Assembly (NCBI GenBank): GCA_010093705.1
Contig: MU006095.1
Span: 930,001 to 994,000, forward strand
Length of the DNA: 64,000 nucleotides
Source: Patellaria atrata CBS 101060
Lineage: Eukaryota
Direction of reading: 5' to 3'
Shown here: positions 1-13,198 of the stretch, piece after piece
How the letters are laid out: each line of letters starts with the position of its first letter
How positions within the stretch are numbered: position 1 is the first letter of the stretch
Notes under the pieces: generated by a model
Seen by the model: the letters and a program-made list of their open reading frames with translations, nothing else
Databases searched by the model: none
What the model was told of the DNA's origin: nothing
Program-made: the position numbers and the translations under genes

Positions 1-258
1 GTTCGATGGATGTGACGATTCTCCAAGACGCGCGACGAGCACCGATGACGTTCTTGTAGGCAACGGAAAGAAGGTTTCGCTCCTCAACGGAAAGCTCTTG
101 ATCAGCGGATGCGACGGTCTTCATGTTCTCGACCATCTCTGGAAATGAGGTTAGACTGGTCTTTCGTGTAAGAAATAATCATAACCAAAAGGCCTACCTT
201 CATATCGCTCGGCCTGCTCGGCAAGCTTTGCTAGGTAGACGGAGTCCTCGTAACCCAT
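1..258 (-). CDS. artA: 14-3-3 protein, 5' part (continues beyond window start)
   Basis: Manual translation [69 protein letters not shown] at 258, GT-AG intron 197..139; not in ORF track. Confidence 0.97.
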
Positions 259-273
259 TTTGACTGTGATATT

Positions 274-895
274 CTGTCGAGATTGGATTAGTTATGATGA
301 TATTGGATATTCGAAGAATATCAGATCGCACGGAGATACTGAGGGTTCCAGTGAGAATGCGCGGTTGGTTGAGAAAGTGTGTTGAGTTGAGAATGAGAGG
401 TAAGAAAACAAAGAGAAGAGCTAGCTGTGGAGTTAAAGAATACGCTAGCGTGACTTGTGAGGCAGTGTCCGAGACGACTTCACTTTGGATGACTGAATGT
501 GAGTGTGTCTTTCGTCAATGCATGGACAATGCGAAAGTGAGGTTGGTTTATGTGCATGAGAAGCACCGGCTGATTACAGGGAGTTGAATCTGAGACATGA
601 GACATCCAAAGAGGCTCAATATTCCTTAATCGTCAAGCGAACAGAAGCCGTCAAGAAATACTAAGAGACTCAGGCATGAGATAGATAGCATTGTCCGACA
701 ACCGCGATCTCGAGACACTGCAAACACACACTGCAGTGTCGATGAAGGCGGGTGGCATAGGATGACGAAAGGGACATCAACCTCACCTATATATGACAAA
801 GTAGGAATCGGCGGTGATGCGTAGGGTAAAATGGTAGATGCAGGACTTCGATGGGGTATAGACAGCGACAGCAATAGTTGAGAGATCGAACGTAC
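274..895 (-). other. Putative long 5'UTR intron of the 14-3-3 gene
   Basis: Minus strand has CTAAT branch point and CAG acceptor at 276-274, 15 nt before the ATG; candidate GTACGT donor at 895-890 (donor uncertain). Confidence 0.45.
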
Positions 896-1654
896 GAATA
901 ATGGAGTATTGTCGAGGAGGAAGAGTTTTTGTTTTGGAGATTGAGGTAATGGAAGATTGAAAGTCAAGTCTTTGGCTGGCAGGAAGATTGGGAAAGCGGG
1001 ACTTGGATTAGCGACAAAGTCTTGGCAGTAAGACCGGGGCTTAAAAGGATGTGCAAACAGTTGCAGTTTGACCACCACTCGTCCACTTCCCACTCTGAGA
1101 TGTCATTTAAGGTGGATGCCGCACGGGATCAAGAGGACTTGCGCATTTCCAGTCCTTTACTGGTACATCTTCAAAGATACAACAATACCTGCGTAAATCT
1201 GCTATGACTTATAACCAACCAATAATTTGACCAGCTTTAGTAGCCTTGTGACATGTCATTGCTACCTATCCCACGTGTAGAAAGTGGGATGAATCAATCT
1301 TGCTTAGCAGTTAAATGTGTAGTAAGGTAGTTAAGATCTAAGAAATACAGAATGCTATCTATTAATACCATGTCTCTAATTCATGCTGAGACCAAATGCA
1401 TCTAACCACTATAGATTCCCTGTATGAGATCATGTCTGTTGTTAATATTTCTTTACTATCTGAACAAAAGTCACGTGCTGTAACTCCGTCCCTCTTTCCT
1501 CGTGACGCCAGGGTAGGTGCATCATACCTTCCTCAAAAGCTCCTCACGATTGGATCACCCCATCTCCAATATACCGTACAGCAGACCCATTTAAATACCT
1601 ACAACTCCCGTCCAACCCCAAGTATCCTTCCAATTCAAAACAAACTCAACAACA

Positions 1655-2153
1655 ATGATGCGAACATCCATCATCCGATCAATTCGCCCACTTCAAGCTA
1701 CCCGTGCTCTATCCACCACCGCGAGAGCTATGACAGAGGGTGCAACTGGCTCCGGGTCGTCACGCCCGGGAGGTATGCGTTCAGGGTGAGTGTATAACGT
1801 AATTCCACCACATGAGGTTGTAGTACTGATGGTGTTCCCTTCACAGCGATGCCTTCAGCAAGCGTGAGCATGCCAGCGAGGAATTGTATATCCGAGCGGA
1901 AGAGAAGCAGAAGTGAGTTCATCCAACGACTTCGATGAGGATTGGAGGATCATATACTGATCCTGTTGTAATATAGGCTCCGTGCTCTCCAAGAGAGACT
2001 TAAACAAAGCGAGCAACACATGAGGGAGATGAGAGAACATCTGTATGTTTTATCCTCGGGCTTGGCATCGTTTCCGACAATTCAAAAAGATTGGTTCTAA
2101 CATACATATACAGTGAAGAGCAAGAGAGGAAAGCAGGTGGCGAGCAGAACTAA
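1655..2153 (+). CDS. INH1: Mitochondrial F1Fo-ATPase inhibitor (IATP family), 4 exons
   Basis: Spliced translation MMRTSIIRSIRPLQATRALSTTARAMTEGATGS..GDAFSKREHASEELYIRAEEKQKLRALQERLK..; Arg-rich presequence; three GT-AG introns; missed by ORF track. Confidence 0.9.
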
Positions 2154-2588
2154 ATTCATAGACGACTCGCTGTATTGTAAACTGCGAAAATGACCGCCAG
2201 GGAATCCTAGATCGAATCTGTGACCTCTGTGGACTGGACTATTGGTTATGTATACTAAAACAGACATCTCCCAAGTTTCGAAATACATCAAGTGTTTGTA
2301 CTCGAAAGCTTTTCAAGTACCTTATTCTGCTATCGTACATTTTGCACTACTTATGCTTATCTGTTCTGGACTAGCGTTACGGCATTCTCCGTACGACTGC
2401 TGTTACGCTCAAACCGTGTACAGAGCGGTAGCAGATATTTCTATACCTTTCCCTTGGTGACTGTGATGCGTACCTTCAGTAATTAGACCCAAACTGAACT
2501 GTGGGACTGGATCAAACCCTGGCACCAGAGGTTTCCCACTGAATCCCAGTAAACACAACAACACAAAAGTAACATAAAAGGGATCACC

Positions 2589-4755
2589 TTATCTCCCGCC
2601 TCTGAAACTCCTATAGAAGTCATCAGCAGGATCACTTCCGACCCCATTCCAACCATTATGGCGAGCAATCCCTGCACCCTCCCTTTGAGCAGCTGCGATC
2701 TTGCCCTTCAACTCCGCAGCACCACTATCGATGACTTGGAGCTGTGCAAGATGAGAGTTTAGGACGCGGATGACTTGAGAAAGCTGTTATATATTAGTCT
2801 AGTAGTTCAATATTACCAAAAGAAATTAACTCACAGGATCATCTGACTTGTTACTCCTGCTCACCGAAGCAGAAATGGAGTTCGTCTCTTCGACCATCTC
2901 ACCAAGGCTTTGATTAAGCTCGTTAAGACGAGATGAGAGCTTTTCGGCCAGTTTATATCTGTTTGTCCAAGTCAGCCAACACTCTTCAACTATGACATAA
3001 ATGGAAAACGGTCACATACGTCTTTTCCCTCTCCGAATCCGGCCCTTGTCTCTCCCCACCCATCTGCTTCTCTAATAACGCATCCACCTCACCCTCATAT
3101 CTCGTCAACCATGTATCTAGCTCATGTTGCTGCATTTCTACATTCGAAAGCTGCCTCTCAACCTCTGCCGCATCCCTCTCGGCCTGAAAGGTCTTGTTGA
3201 ACAGAGTAGTGATCTTATCACTATTCTCAACCAACAGACGATCCCAAGCCGCAACCTGCTCGGCCTGCTTCTGGAAGTCCTTTTGGTACTTTGAAAGGTC
3301 AGAGGCCCAACGCGTGATGATCTCGTCCATAGATTTGTTCTTTAGCCTCGACTGAGCAGGAGGTGGTGGGCCGGTGGTGGAACCGCCCAGGTTGCCCAGG
3401 GTCGGACCAGAAGGCTGGTTGCCATCTCCACGCGTAGTTGTGGGGGTAAGGATACCGGCAGTTACAGAAGTATCAGATGATGCTACAGAAGCGGTCGTAG
3501 TTGTAGCTGGCTGTACTCTTGGCTGGCCCAAGCTAGGGAAAATACTAGGCATTGATGAAGCAGGCATACTTGTCGCAGGCTTTGCTCCACCAATACCACC
3601 AAATAGTGACGCTCCAGAAGTTCCAGGAGCTGTGGTTCCCTGCGATGTGCTTTGCTGCCCAGACGTAGATGGTGCTGAAGATGTAATACTAAATGACAAA
3701 GAGCTAGGTTGAGAAGTTGAAGAAGCTCCAGCAAAGGAGAACGTTGGCTTGGGAGCTTCTGTCGCTTTGGTAGATGCTGGCGTAGTTGAACCAATGTTGC
3801 TGAACAGGGATTGCCCGGTAGTAGAGGTAGCGGGTGTGGAAGACGGTTGTGCTGGTGCTGATGATGTAGCTGTGGAGGTAGGCTTGAATCCGGAGAAGGA
3901 TGGGGTCTGAGGATTAGACTGACCTGACTGTCCACCGAAAAGAGATGAACCACCCTGGGGAGTTTGCGGTTTTCCTAGATTGCCGAACAATGCTGATCCA
4001 CCAGACGTCGCGGGCTTTTGCTCTGAGGAAGCAGAGCTTGATGCTGGAGTCTGTTGATTATTTCCTTGACTAACTGAGCTGAAAAGAGTTGTTGGAGGTG
4101 GAACAGCAGGCGTGGTGGAAGTATTTCCAAACAATGATGGCTTATTGGACGCTGGCGTTGACGCACCCGCTGGAGCAGACGAAGTGTTGTTGGATCCTGA
4201 AGTTCCAAAGCTAGGAGTTCCAGAAGTTCCAGTCGAACCAAAGAGACTGCTGGTAGTCTGCCCCTGTGTTGTAGCAGGAGCGCTGCTCTTTGCTCCTCCG
4301 AAGAGAGCAGAAGCTGAAGACACTTCAGTTGGTTTCGGTCCAAAGTTGAAGCCCGAGCCTTCAGTTGCTTTGGGTGTACTAGTTCCACCTGTTGTTCCAA
4401 ATAAACCTCCACCTGAAGTTCCTGTAGAACTAGGAGTAGTAGGTTTGCTGAACAGACTGCTACCAGTATTGCCTGAGCCACCTGTTGTACTAAACAAGCT
4501 GGGACCGGTAGAGCTACTTGTTGTGCCTGAGCCAGCATTTCCCCCAAATAAAGTATTACTTCCACCTGATGCTACTGCTCCAAACAAAGGCTTTTGACCC
4601 TGTGCTCCGGAAGCGAGAGGTGATGAATTGTTCGGTTGGTTGAACGAAAAGCTACCAAAAGAACCGAATGTCGATGTCTGTCCTGAACCTGATGTAGCCG
4701 ATGAACCTGGCGTACTTGTGCCGGTGGATTTTGGAAGGCCGAAGTTGAACGACAT
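2589..4755 (-). CDS. NSP1: FG-nucleoporin Nsp1/Nup62
   Basis: SLFG/FSF repeats, then Nsp1_C motif LKNKSMDEIITRWASDL..QVAAWDRLL; two 3' introns, last exon LSQVIRVLNSHLAQLQVID, TAA at 2589-2591. Confidence 0.95.
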
Positions 4756-5248
4756 TGTGATTGTTACTCTCTACTCTTGCTCGAGAAGAGTATGCAAGGG
4801 ATAGGCAGTTTAAAGGTTAGAGCTTCAGCTCCTTGAAACCGCGGCGAAAGTCCAATCGAATGAACCTGGAAGTTGATTGCGATTGGGTGATCAAGCTGAT
4901 CCTGAAATATTCGATCGGAAACCGATGTGGTTGTTGACGTTCGTTGGAGTTGTGGATAGAGAGAGGTAACAAGACGCGCTTGGAAGCTTTCGTTGCTCGT
5001 GTCTGTTCTGCGAAAGGCAGTGCCAAGACTCCGCGGTTCAGGGACCCCTCCGTACCCTTTGCTGTAGATAACCTCTACTCCATGCGGTACGGAAGTATCA
5101 CAGCCACAAATGTGCTTTATCGCCTGAGGTGCCGCTGACATTCACGTGCAGTGGAGTGATTGAGCTGGCTCAGGCTTCATGACTTAATATACTTAGAAGC
5201 AACTAACTTCGAAATTCCCAAGCAGTATCTTAGAATTAAGAACACACA

Positions 5249-6991
5249 ATGGCAGACCTCACACCACCTAGGAAGAGGGTCGAGCTTGAAGATCCAGGAG
5301 CACACGAGTTAGGTACGAGCAGATATGTCACTTTAAAGCCAATCAAACACATTGCTGACTACTATCCTTCAGACTCCTCTGGTGACGAACACTTTTCTGA
5401 TGCTTCAGAGGGTCGAAAACCTACTTTAGACCAAGCGGGCGCCGACCGATCAAATGCCACATCCCCCATTCCTGTCACTCGGGTAGAAAGAGTCGATGAT
5501 ATACCCGCACATGGCGAAGTGCCCAACACTCCCGCCTACAAAATGCGTATGGCCGACGCCGTTCCGGACGAAGTAGAGGTTGTCCCAGAAGGGCAAAGGA
5601 GCCGTAGTGCTTCATCGTTAAGGGCAGGAGACCGCCCCTCGGCGCCCAGCAGTCCAGTACCAAAGACAGTCGTCGAGAAGGTAGATCCAGATGTCCCGGG
5701 TCATGGTGATGTTCCTGGTACAGATGCGTATGAGCTACGTAAGGCGGATGCTATACCAGATTTGATACTCAAAGCTCCGCCAACCCCGCGCGGGGATGCG
5801 TTTCCAGAAGGTAAGATAGGTTCTTCGTTTTCCTTACAGCGAGTCAATTGACGGAAGAAGGATCACCAACTGTTTTGAGCAGATCAGAACACGAATTAGA
5901 CGAGCCTCCTAGCCACGATAACGACGAGGAGGATGAGGCTGAGGAGGATGGAGACGGCGAGGGCTTCGGTGATGACTTTGACGACTTCGAAGAAGGCGAG
6001 CAAGGGAACGATGACGATGATTTCGGGGATTTTGATGATGGGTTTGCAGAGGATTCAGGGGGTGGTAGGGAAGATGGGACGGCGTTTGCTGAAGAGTCTT
6101 TTCAACCTTCCCCTGTTCCTCTTGCTGCTCCCCCTTCTCTTGTAAGTCATTTAGCTCTACAGTCTGAAATAAAATCTATATCTTCAATGCTCAATGTTCC
6201 CAAAACACGCATCTATCCTCTTCCTCCCCCGTCCCAAACGCCTCTATTACAAAACCGAAACCTCCACTAACATCTTCTCTCCCTAGCGCCTTCTAGACTA
6301 CTCCAACCTCCACTCCACCTCTGACATCAAATCCTCCCTCACCCCCTTCTACACCTCCCTATTCCCCTCGCTCCCCTCACCCTCCCCCGACCCTCCCCTC
6401 TCCACCTCCTCCAACCCTTCCCTCCTCTCCTCCCGCTCCTCCTCTCTCTGGTCCCAGCTCCTCGCCCCACCCCCTCTCCAACCTCCAAACTGGCTCCGCA
6501 GCCGCATCCGCCGCCTCTTCCTCGTCTCCCTCGGCGTCCCCGTCGACCTCGACGAAATCCTCCCAAAGAGCGCACAGAAAAAACTAGTCCTGCCATCTGT
6601 TCACCTCTCCCCGCGTCACTCTGCCGATATACGCAGGATTCGCAATTCCTCCGCCAACGACTCTAGTACCTCTTTATCGTCTTCCACCGGGGGTAAGGGG
6701 GACAGAGACAGGGACAGGGACAGGGATAAAGGGAAGGGAAAGAGGATGGAGCCACCCCCTTTCGACGAGTCGGCGACAATGAGGCTCGCGCACACGACGA
6801 GGGAGAAGTTGACCAGTTTCTCGGATCGCGAGTTGAGGGCGCACGTGGCGGTTTTGGAAGAGGCGAGGGAGAGGGCGGAGGAGGCGCTGCGGTTTTGGGA
6901 GGAGAGGAGGCTTAGTGCCGAGGGGGATAAGGAGGCTTTTGAGGGGGTGATTGAGAATTTGGTTAGGCATGCTAGGAGGGCGAGGAAGTAG
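5249..6991 (+). CDS. Conserved fungal protein, DUF5102/Laa2(YBL010C)-like, multi-exon
   Basis: Acidic DDFDDF/DDFGDF motifs; manually translated C-rich exon gives SLWSQLLAPPPLQPPNWLRSRIRRLFLVSLGVPVDLDEILP; C-terminal FEGVIENLVRHAR. Confidence 0.75.
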
Positions 6992-7239
6992 GGTCTAATA
7001 AGGTAGATGGGCATGGAGGGCTTGGGGGGGTTGCTGTGTGTGAAGAGGGAATTGGGATGGGGGTTGGAGTGAGCGTTCAGGTGAAAAGTTCGGGTATCGT
7101 TGGTGGTACTGTTAATTAGATGGGGGTAATACATGATATTACGATGAGGAGTGAGGTGCAATTCTCGTGAATAATTCGGTCATATTTCGCTAGCTTATCC
7201 TGGAATACTCGATTGAGGGTATCTAAGCCCAATGCCTCC

Positions 7240-8661
7240 TCAACCCGGAGCACTTCTCTCTACACCTTCCCCAGTCCCGGTCTTGCTATCCGCGTCTGGG
7301 AGCTCGACATCTTCATCCTTCTTCTCGGCTTGTTTATCATCGTCCGCCTCCCCCATTATAATCTCTGGACTGCCCAACCCCGTCCCCTTCTCACTCTCCT
7401 TAGCCTCCACACTCTCACTCAAGCTCCTGCCCACCGCGGCCTCGATATTCAATCCCCCACCTGTCCCCTGGGTCTGCGGCCCCATATCCTCCATGCCAAT
7501 CTCCTCCGGTCCGCGCGCATGCGGATGTTCCTCATCCAGCCGCGGGGTCTCACTCGCCGCCTCCTCACCGCCGGCCGCAACACTCGACAATCCCGCATTT
7601 GTAGTGGTAGCGCTAGGACCCATGCTGGAGCGGAGGGAGCGACGCGGGGAATTCTGCGCGACGAGAACCACGCCCGCTTCCTGTTCTTGGCGGAGAAGTT
7701 CGCCTTGCGTCACGGCTCCCGAGTCTGGGAGTGTGGGAGCGGGTGTTTCTGTGGCTAAGCTTGAGGCGGAGCTGGATGTCGAAGTTGGGGAGGTAGAGGG
7801 TGAGGACGTCATGCCGCTTACCACGGAAACGGTTTCGATACGTCCGGCGCCATTAGGCCCGTCGACTATAGTCGTGCTTTCGGACTTGAAATCGTGGTCT
7901 GAGCCGTTGGAATTGCGGAGCCAGGGGATCGGGGTGAGAAGCGCACCACCTAGGCTCTCGTCGGAGCCGAGAGCTGTGGCGGTTGATGAGATTGTGGCTG
8001 TGGTCCCGTTGAGGAGGCCGCCTGTGCTGGGAGTGGGAAGGATGGCCTGCGGGAGGGGAAATATGGATGCCGGACTGGAGACGGAGGATACACGGTCTAG
8101 AGCTTGGAGATAGGAAGGGAGATAGTGGTAGTGTGCTTTTGGTTTGAGGATGAGTTCGGCTAAGCGCTGGATTGTGTGGGGTGGTCCATTAGTGAAGTTC
8201 TTCGAGAGTGATGTTCGTATACTTTGGTGTAGAGTCACCAGGACTGGAGGTAGGGTTGAGTTGTCGGATGGTGATGTGCTATCTCGTGAGGTAGAGGCAG
8301 ATGGCCGTGTCTGGTTTGGTCGGGGAGGAGGAGCATTCTCCTTGTCTTGCGAGTCTTGACTTGACGGCTCGAGGGGGGAGCCTAGTCGAGGAGGACGAGG
8401 TTCTGGAGGGGGTTGGCGGGGTGTGGGGAAGTCATTGATTATATCGTCAAGACGAGCGAGTATGAATTCCAGGACTCTGGGCCATTCGTTGCTATAGATA
8501 CATCAGTCTGGACGATTCTATGGTAACACGTCTATATTAAAGATACGTTTCGAATGATCCATCGTGTGCAGCATGTTCGAGTATCTGTTCAGCTACAGAG
8601 TGAGATCAGCTTTCCGGGACCAGCTGCTTCAATGGTCTTAGGCTCACTGACCTGACAGCAT
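7240..8661 (-). CDS. Protein phosphatase 4 regulatory subunit 2-like (Psy4/PPP4R2)
   Basis: PPHTIQRLAELILKP..YLQALDRVSSVSS motif; two short 5' introns join ATG at 8661 to the main ORF; acidic tail. Confidence 0.75.
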
Positions 8662-10084
8662 GTCTAGCTTTGCAAAAGCGATGTATTAGAGGAGACGTGG
8701 TAGCGGAATGTTGAGACGCGAGATGGTCGAGCTCAAGACGCGTTCAAGAATTATATGGACCCGGACGTACAGAGAGAGTGCCAAGACCGCTTTTTAAGAC
8801 GGTATTTTGGGATTGTCACAGCTAGAACTATACATACACCTTGTAAGAGCCGCACTGCAAGCAATAATACGGGAAGCAGTCATACGGATGATGCCGTACT
8901 CTGTACAATATACAAAAAAAGCCAAGTTCAATGTTGGTGGTGGGTACATGTTCAGTACGTAAAAATAGACCATCGTGCTCTCCGAAAAGTGCAACTCAGC
9001 CCCCAACAGGGGATGTCCAGCAGCAGATCATATGGAGGTACTTGTACAAAGGTAGAACACCAATAATGAATACTTGTATACTACCTTACTCTATTTATTC
9101 CTATTTAGGGCCGTCTAATGCATTCACGACGTCAATGGAAAGTATTCATGGTCAACGTATTGAAGTGATAATAGAAGTCTCGTGTGCGGTGCTGTTGATT
9201 CCATCTTGCTCCTCAAACCTCGATATCAGTGCCTTTAAGATCTCGAAAACCAACTCCTTCTACCACCTACCGACTAGAATTCTTGGTGGAGTAAGAATTT
9301 GTTTGACAATTCGGCCTGGACCTTGACGTGAAAAGTCTTTGGGTAGCTGAACAGACAAGAGCTGTGGCTAGCAGTTATCTAAAAGAGACTTCAAGAGTGG
9401 CTTTGGTGGGTATTGGCGCTCTGCACCGCAGTTGCACCAACACCGCGCCCCAAACTGTCCCTATTCTCCTCCATTCTTCTTCGACAATCCTCAACTTCAC
9501 TCATCCTGCTCTTCTACGAACCTAATTCCGTTTTCCTTGCTGTGACGCTCGACACTCGTTTCCTTTCCTTTATTTCTCCCGTCTCTTCGGTAACGAAATT
9601 CGCGTCCCGTCTCGACATCTCTTAACCCTATCTCAACCTTAGACCCTCTTGGTTTCATAATCCCGCGACTCTTCCCTGCTTCTGCATTTCAAACACCAAC
9701 AGCACCGTCAAGAGCCTCAGAACTGTCCATCCACGCCATCCAAGGACTTGACGCTCGTCCAATTCGAACATCCCGTGGTGGCACCGTCTCAATACCCCTA
9801 ACCATACCACAAACATCTCGCCATAATTTTGTTTCGGCCAACACAGATATCTGCCATATACCCTCGTGCACCTGCGCGAGTCTGTACGCTCGTTGACAAC
9901 AGCACGCAGTCAGTGAAGTTGCCGCATTCTGGCGGCGGATAGCATCAAAATTTACTCACACGAATCACGGGCTTCCCTCCTCGGAGGTCCACCGCTGGAT
10001 CGGAACTATCAACCTTACCCAGGAGGCTACCATCATCGTGAAGGGTATCCCACAGTAGCTCCACCATCACAAATATCGAACAGA

Positions 10085-11235
10085 ATGTATACACCTAATT
10101 CAATGTGGACATGGTCCTTCACCATCGTTGCTACGTTGCAAGCTATCATCGCTATAGGACTAGAATCGTACGTTCATCTCAACGTCACTCGTGAAATCTG
10201 CCGGGTACTGGAATGACTATTAACATTTATTGATGTAGATATGTATTCGGTAAATTCCAATCCAGTCTAAAGGGAAATGCAGAAGCAACAACACAATCAA
10301 GAACGATTCCCACATATCTCTCCGTTTTCATATTCGGTTTCCTATATCAGTTGCTATTGGTATGGGATGCCCTGCGGCTGAAGAACACAATTCAGGTCAT
10401 AGGACTGTGCCTCTACAATGTTGGTATTCTAGTATATGCTGCTATCCAAATGGATCAGATTGATGATGCTGTGGACTATCTGGCAACGCACGGAAATCAA
10501 ATCGATGCGGAGTTCTGGCAAGACGTCAAACCTTTTTTGATCGCCATACCATGTGTAATGGCTTTAGGGACTATCCTCCTCTCATTCATCGCCTGGAAAC
10601 TCTACGACGAATTCGCCTGGACAATCTACAAGCACATCTCCGCCGATCTCCGCCTCAAGCGCCGATATTTAACCTACCAAGTACATTCCCTTCCTCTCAG
10701 CTCCCTCACCTTCCACAATAGCTAACAATATCACCAGATTTACATCGCCCTCCTCAAATTCGACTTCTTCTTCTTCCTCGGCTTCACCGTCCAATTCCTT
10801 GTCATCGTCGTCAACACAACCGACGTCGAATTTTACCTCACCATCGCCGCCGTGCCCATCACGATCGCCCTCCTCCTCCTTGCAGGCTGGTTCACCCGTA
10901 AAGAAAACATCGCTGGCATGGTCGCCATCATCATCATCTACTTCGGTGCCCTCGCTTACTTCCTCTTCAAGCTCATTCGCATGTACAAGGTCGGAGACGA
11001 CCGCGTTCTGGATTATCTCCCCGCCCGCAGAAACTTGAGCAGTTTTGCAGTCATTACGATATTGTTGTTGATAGCGACGATCGTCCTGGCGTGTATGTGT
11101 ACGCATAACTTTGGCAAGGGGTTGAAGCCGCATGTGACGAGGAGAAAAGTACCGGATGTAGAGGACATGAAGTTTGGGCAGAACGAGTTAGGACCGGTAC
11201 AAGGACAGGTCCCGTCGAGGATGACGATCGATTAA
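10085..11235 (+). CDS. UPF0658-family multi-pass (Golgi) membrane protein, 3 exons
   Basis: MYTPNSMWTWSF.., WDALRLKNTIQVIG, EFAWTIYKHISADLRLKRRYLTYQ/IYIALLKFDFFFFLGFTVQF, ends RMTID. Confidence 0.8.
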
Positions 11236-12303
11236 GTTCTTCACGGAGCGAGGTGCAAAAATCTTGATATATTGTAATTGAATTGGGGATTTCCCATGGA
11301 TCTTGGGGGCGTCTATGGTTCTAGGTAGGTATTCCACCGAATAAGCAGGTTAGCTCCTGCACGATATTCGGAGATACTGTAGGGTATAGTATCTGGAATT
11401 TACTCTTTCAAATTTGCAGCTATGACGGCCAATCTGTTTTGTTCTGTGCGGTTTTTTTTTTTTTTTTTTTTGTGTAGCTGTAGTCCGTTTGTTGGCATAT
11501 CATACCCATCTTGCACGTTGTTGAAAATAGGGGTGTAGGAGTAGTTGAATATGAACCTTTTACAAATATGCACATCTAGGGACTTCGCTTCGAAATCGCT
11601 TCTGTCCTTTGTGTTTTTGATGTTGGTGCTGGATGGACAGTGTTGCGTGTCTTCTCGATTCGTGTATTCCGAACGATATCAAAGAGGGAGGGTCCGATAT
11701 TGGAATTTGTCCCCTCGCATCCCGTACTGTAAGGCAGGTACACCAGGGTTATCAGGGGAGTCAAAGTCGTCACCGTCATTGGTGAGTTTTGCGTAGTCAC
11801 TGTTACCATCGTCATCATATCCCCGTCCTAGGCCTTCATTCCCTTAGACAATCACCATCCCGTGTTAAAATTTGTCTATCGCACGACTCATCTCTCATCT
11901 CTCAAATCCAATATCTTCATCCCTGCACTATCCTCAATCCCAAACCCCAAACCCAAAGAGAAACGCGTCATCTGGTCTATCCGGTTTCTCAGAAACGTCT
12001 AAACCACGATTCGGGTATCAGAATAGGAACAGGACGGTTTGCATGCTATCCACTGTACCAGCTACCGATATAAAATCCGATATGAGAAATATGTCTCTAT
12101 TTTCCCTTTCTCTCCGTTCCTATAGAGAAAGAAGTAAACTAGCTAGACTAGGGTATCTTCCACCGTCATGATATCGTATCATATACACACATGGGGGTCT
12201 ACTATACAAACGCCGCGGGAGCCATAGTCCCCTCCTCACTCCATCAAGAGCATCATCGTTCCTCGAGTCTCTGTCTCACCTAGTCCACTCCAGTTCACTC
12301 CAT

Positions 12304-13198
12304 TCATACCTCCTTCCCCTTAATCCTATCCCCACCCTGACTATTAAGGTAACTAAGATAGCAATTCCAACCTATACACATTAGCCTCAACTCGCACCAT
12401 TCCCCTCCCCGAACAAACAAACATAAAAATACAAAACTCACCAAGACTAACAAAATTAACCACCAAAACGCGATGTTCGAGAGGGACAAGCTTGAAGTTG
12501 ACGCCCTGCACCCACGGCCACACCATCCAGTTCTTCTTCAGCGCCTCGAGGTAGCTGCTCTGCAGTTTGGCCTTCGGGTCGCTGCCTTCCATGACGGCCA
12601 TGCTGCTGAGGAAGACGAGCAGGTTCGTGCTGGCGAAGATGGTTTGGTCGGCCAGGACCCGCGCCGCGATGGTTAGATTGTGCGTGCGGAGATTGATTGT
12701 GCGTTGGAGGATGCTGTACCACGTTGTTGCGGCGGGGCCGAAGATTGCTTGGGTGGGTTAGTTGTGAAGAGATGAGGAGGAGAAGGAGGAGGTGTGAAGG
12801 GGGAGAGAGGAGAGGGGGGATGTGGATATACCTCCGCCGTAGAGGGCCATGCGGCCTGTGCGTGCGTAGTTGTGCTTCTTGATACCGACTTTCTCGACGC
12901 CTTGCTGGGCCATCACATCACCGGTTCCGAAGAGGATCTGAACGGTTTTGTCAGTAGGGTGTTATGCGTTACGCCACACCCTCGAGTGAGGATGGTTGTG
13001 TGAGGGTAGGATAGTGGAGTATAGAGGGAAGTAGACGGTGTGGAGTAGAACGGAGAGTATAAGCGCAGGAGGAACCATACCGCTGTGGAGATACTCTGCG
13101 TGAGCAATGGACGCGTCTTGAGCTGCAATTGATACCTGCGCTGTTGTCAGTCCATAGTGATCGAAATGTACTCGACCCTTGACTTACCAGCGCCACAT
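12304..13198 (-). CDS. SYM1: Mpv17/PMP22 family membrane protein (Sym1)
   Basis: Exons give [78 protein letters not shown]. Confidence 0.92.

Noticed and set aside
3374..4597. Antisense and alternate-frame ORFs over NSP1
   Set aside because: Shadows of low-complexity FG-repeat coding sequence.
7213..8113. Plus-strand 181-aa and 293-aa ORFs
   Set aside because: Antisense to the PPP4R2-like gene, which carries the conserved motif.
11452..11471. Poly-T run of about 20 nt
   Set aside because: Simple homopolymer in a 3'UTR region; no Pol III boxes or retro-insertion hallmarks.
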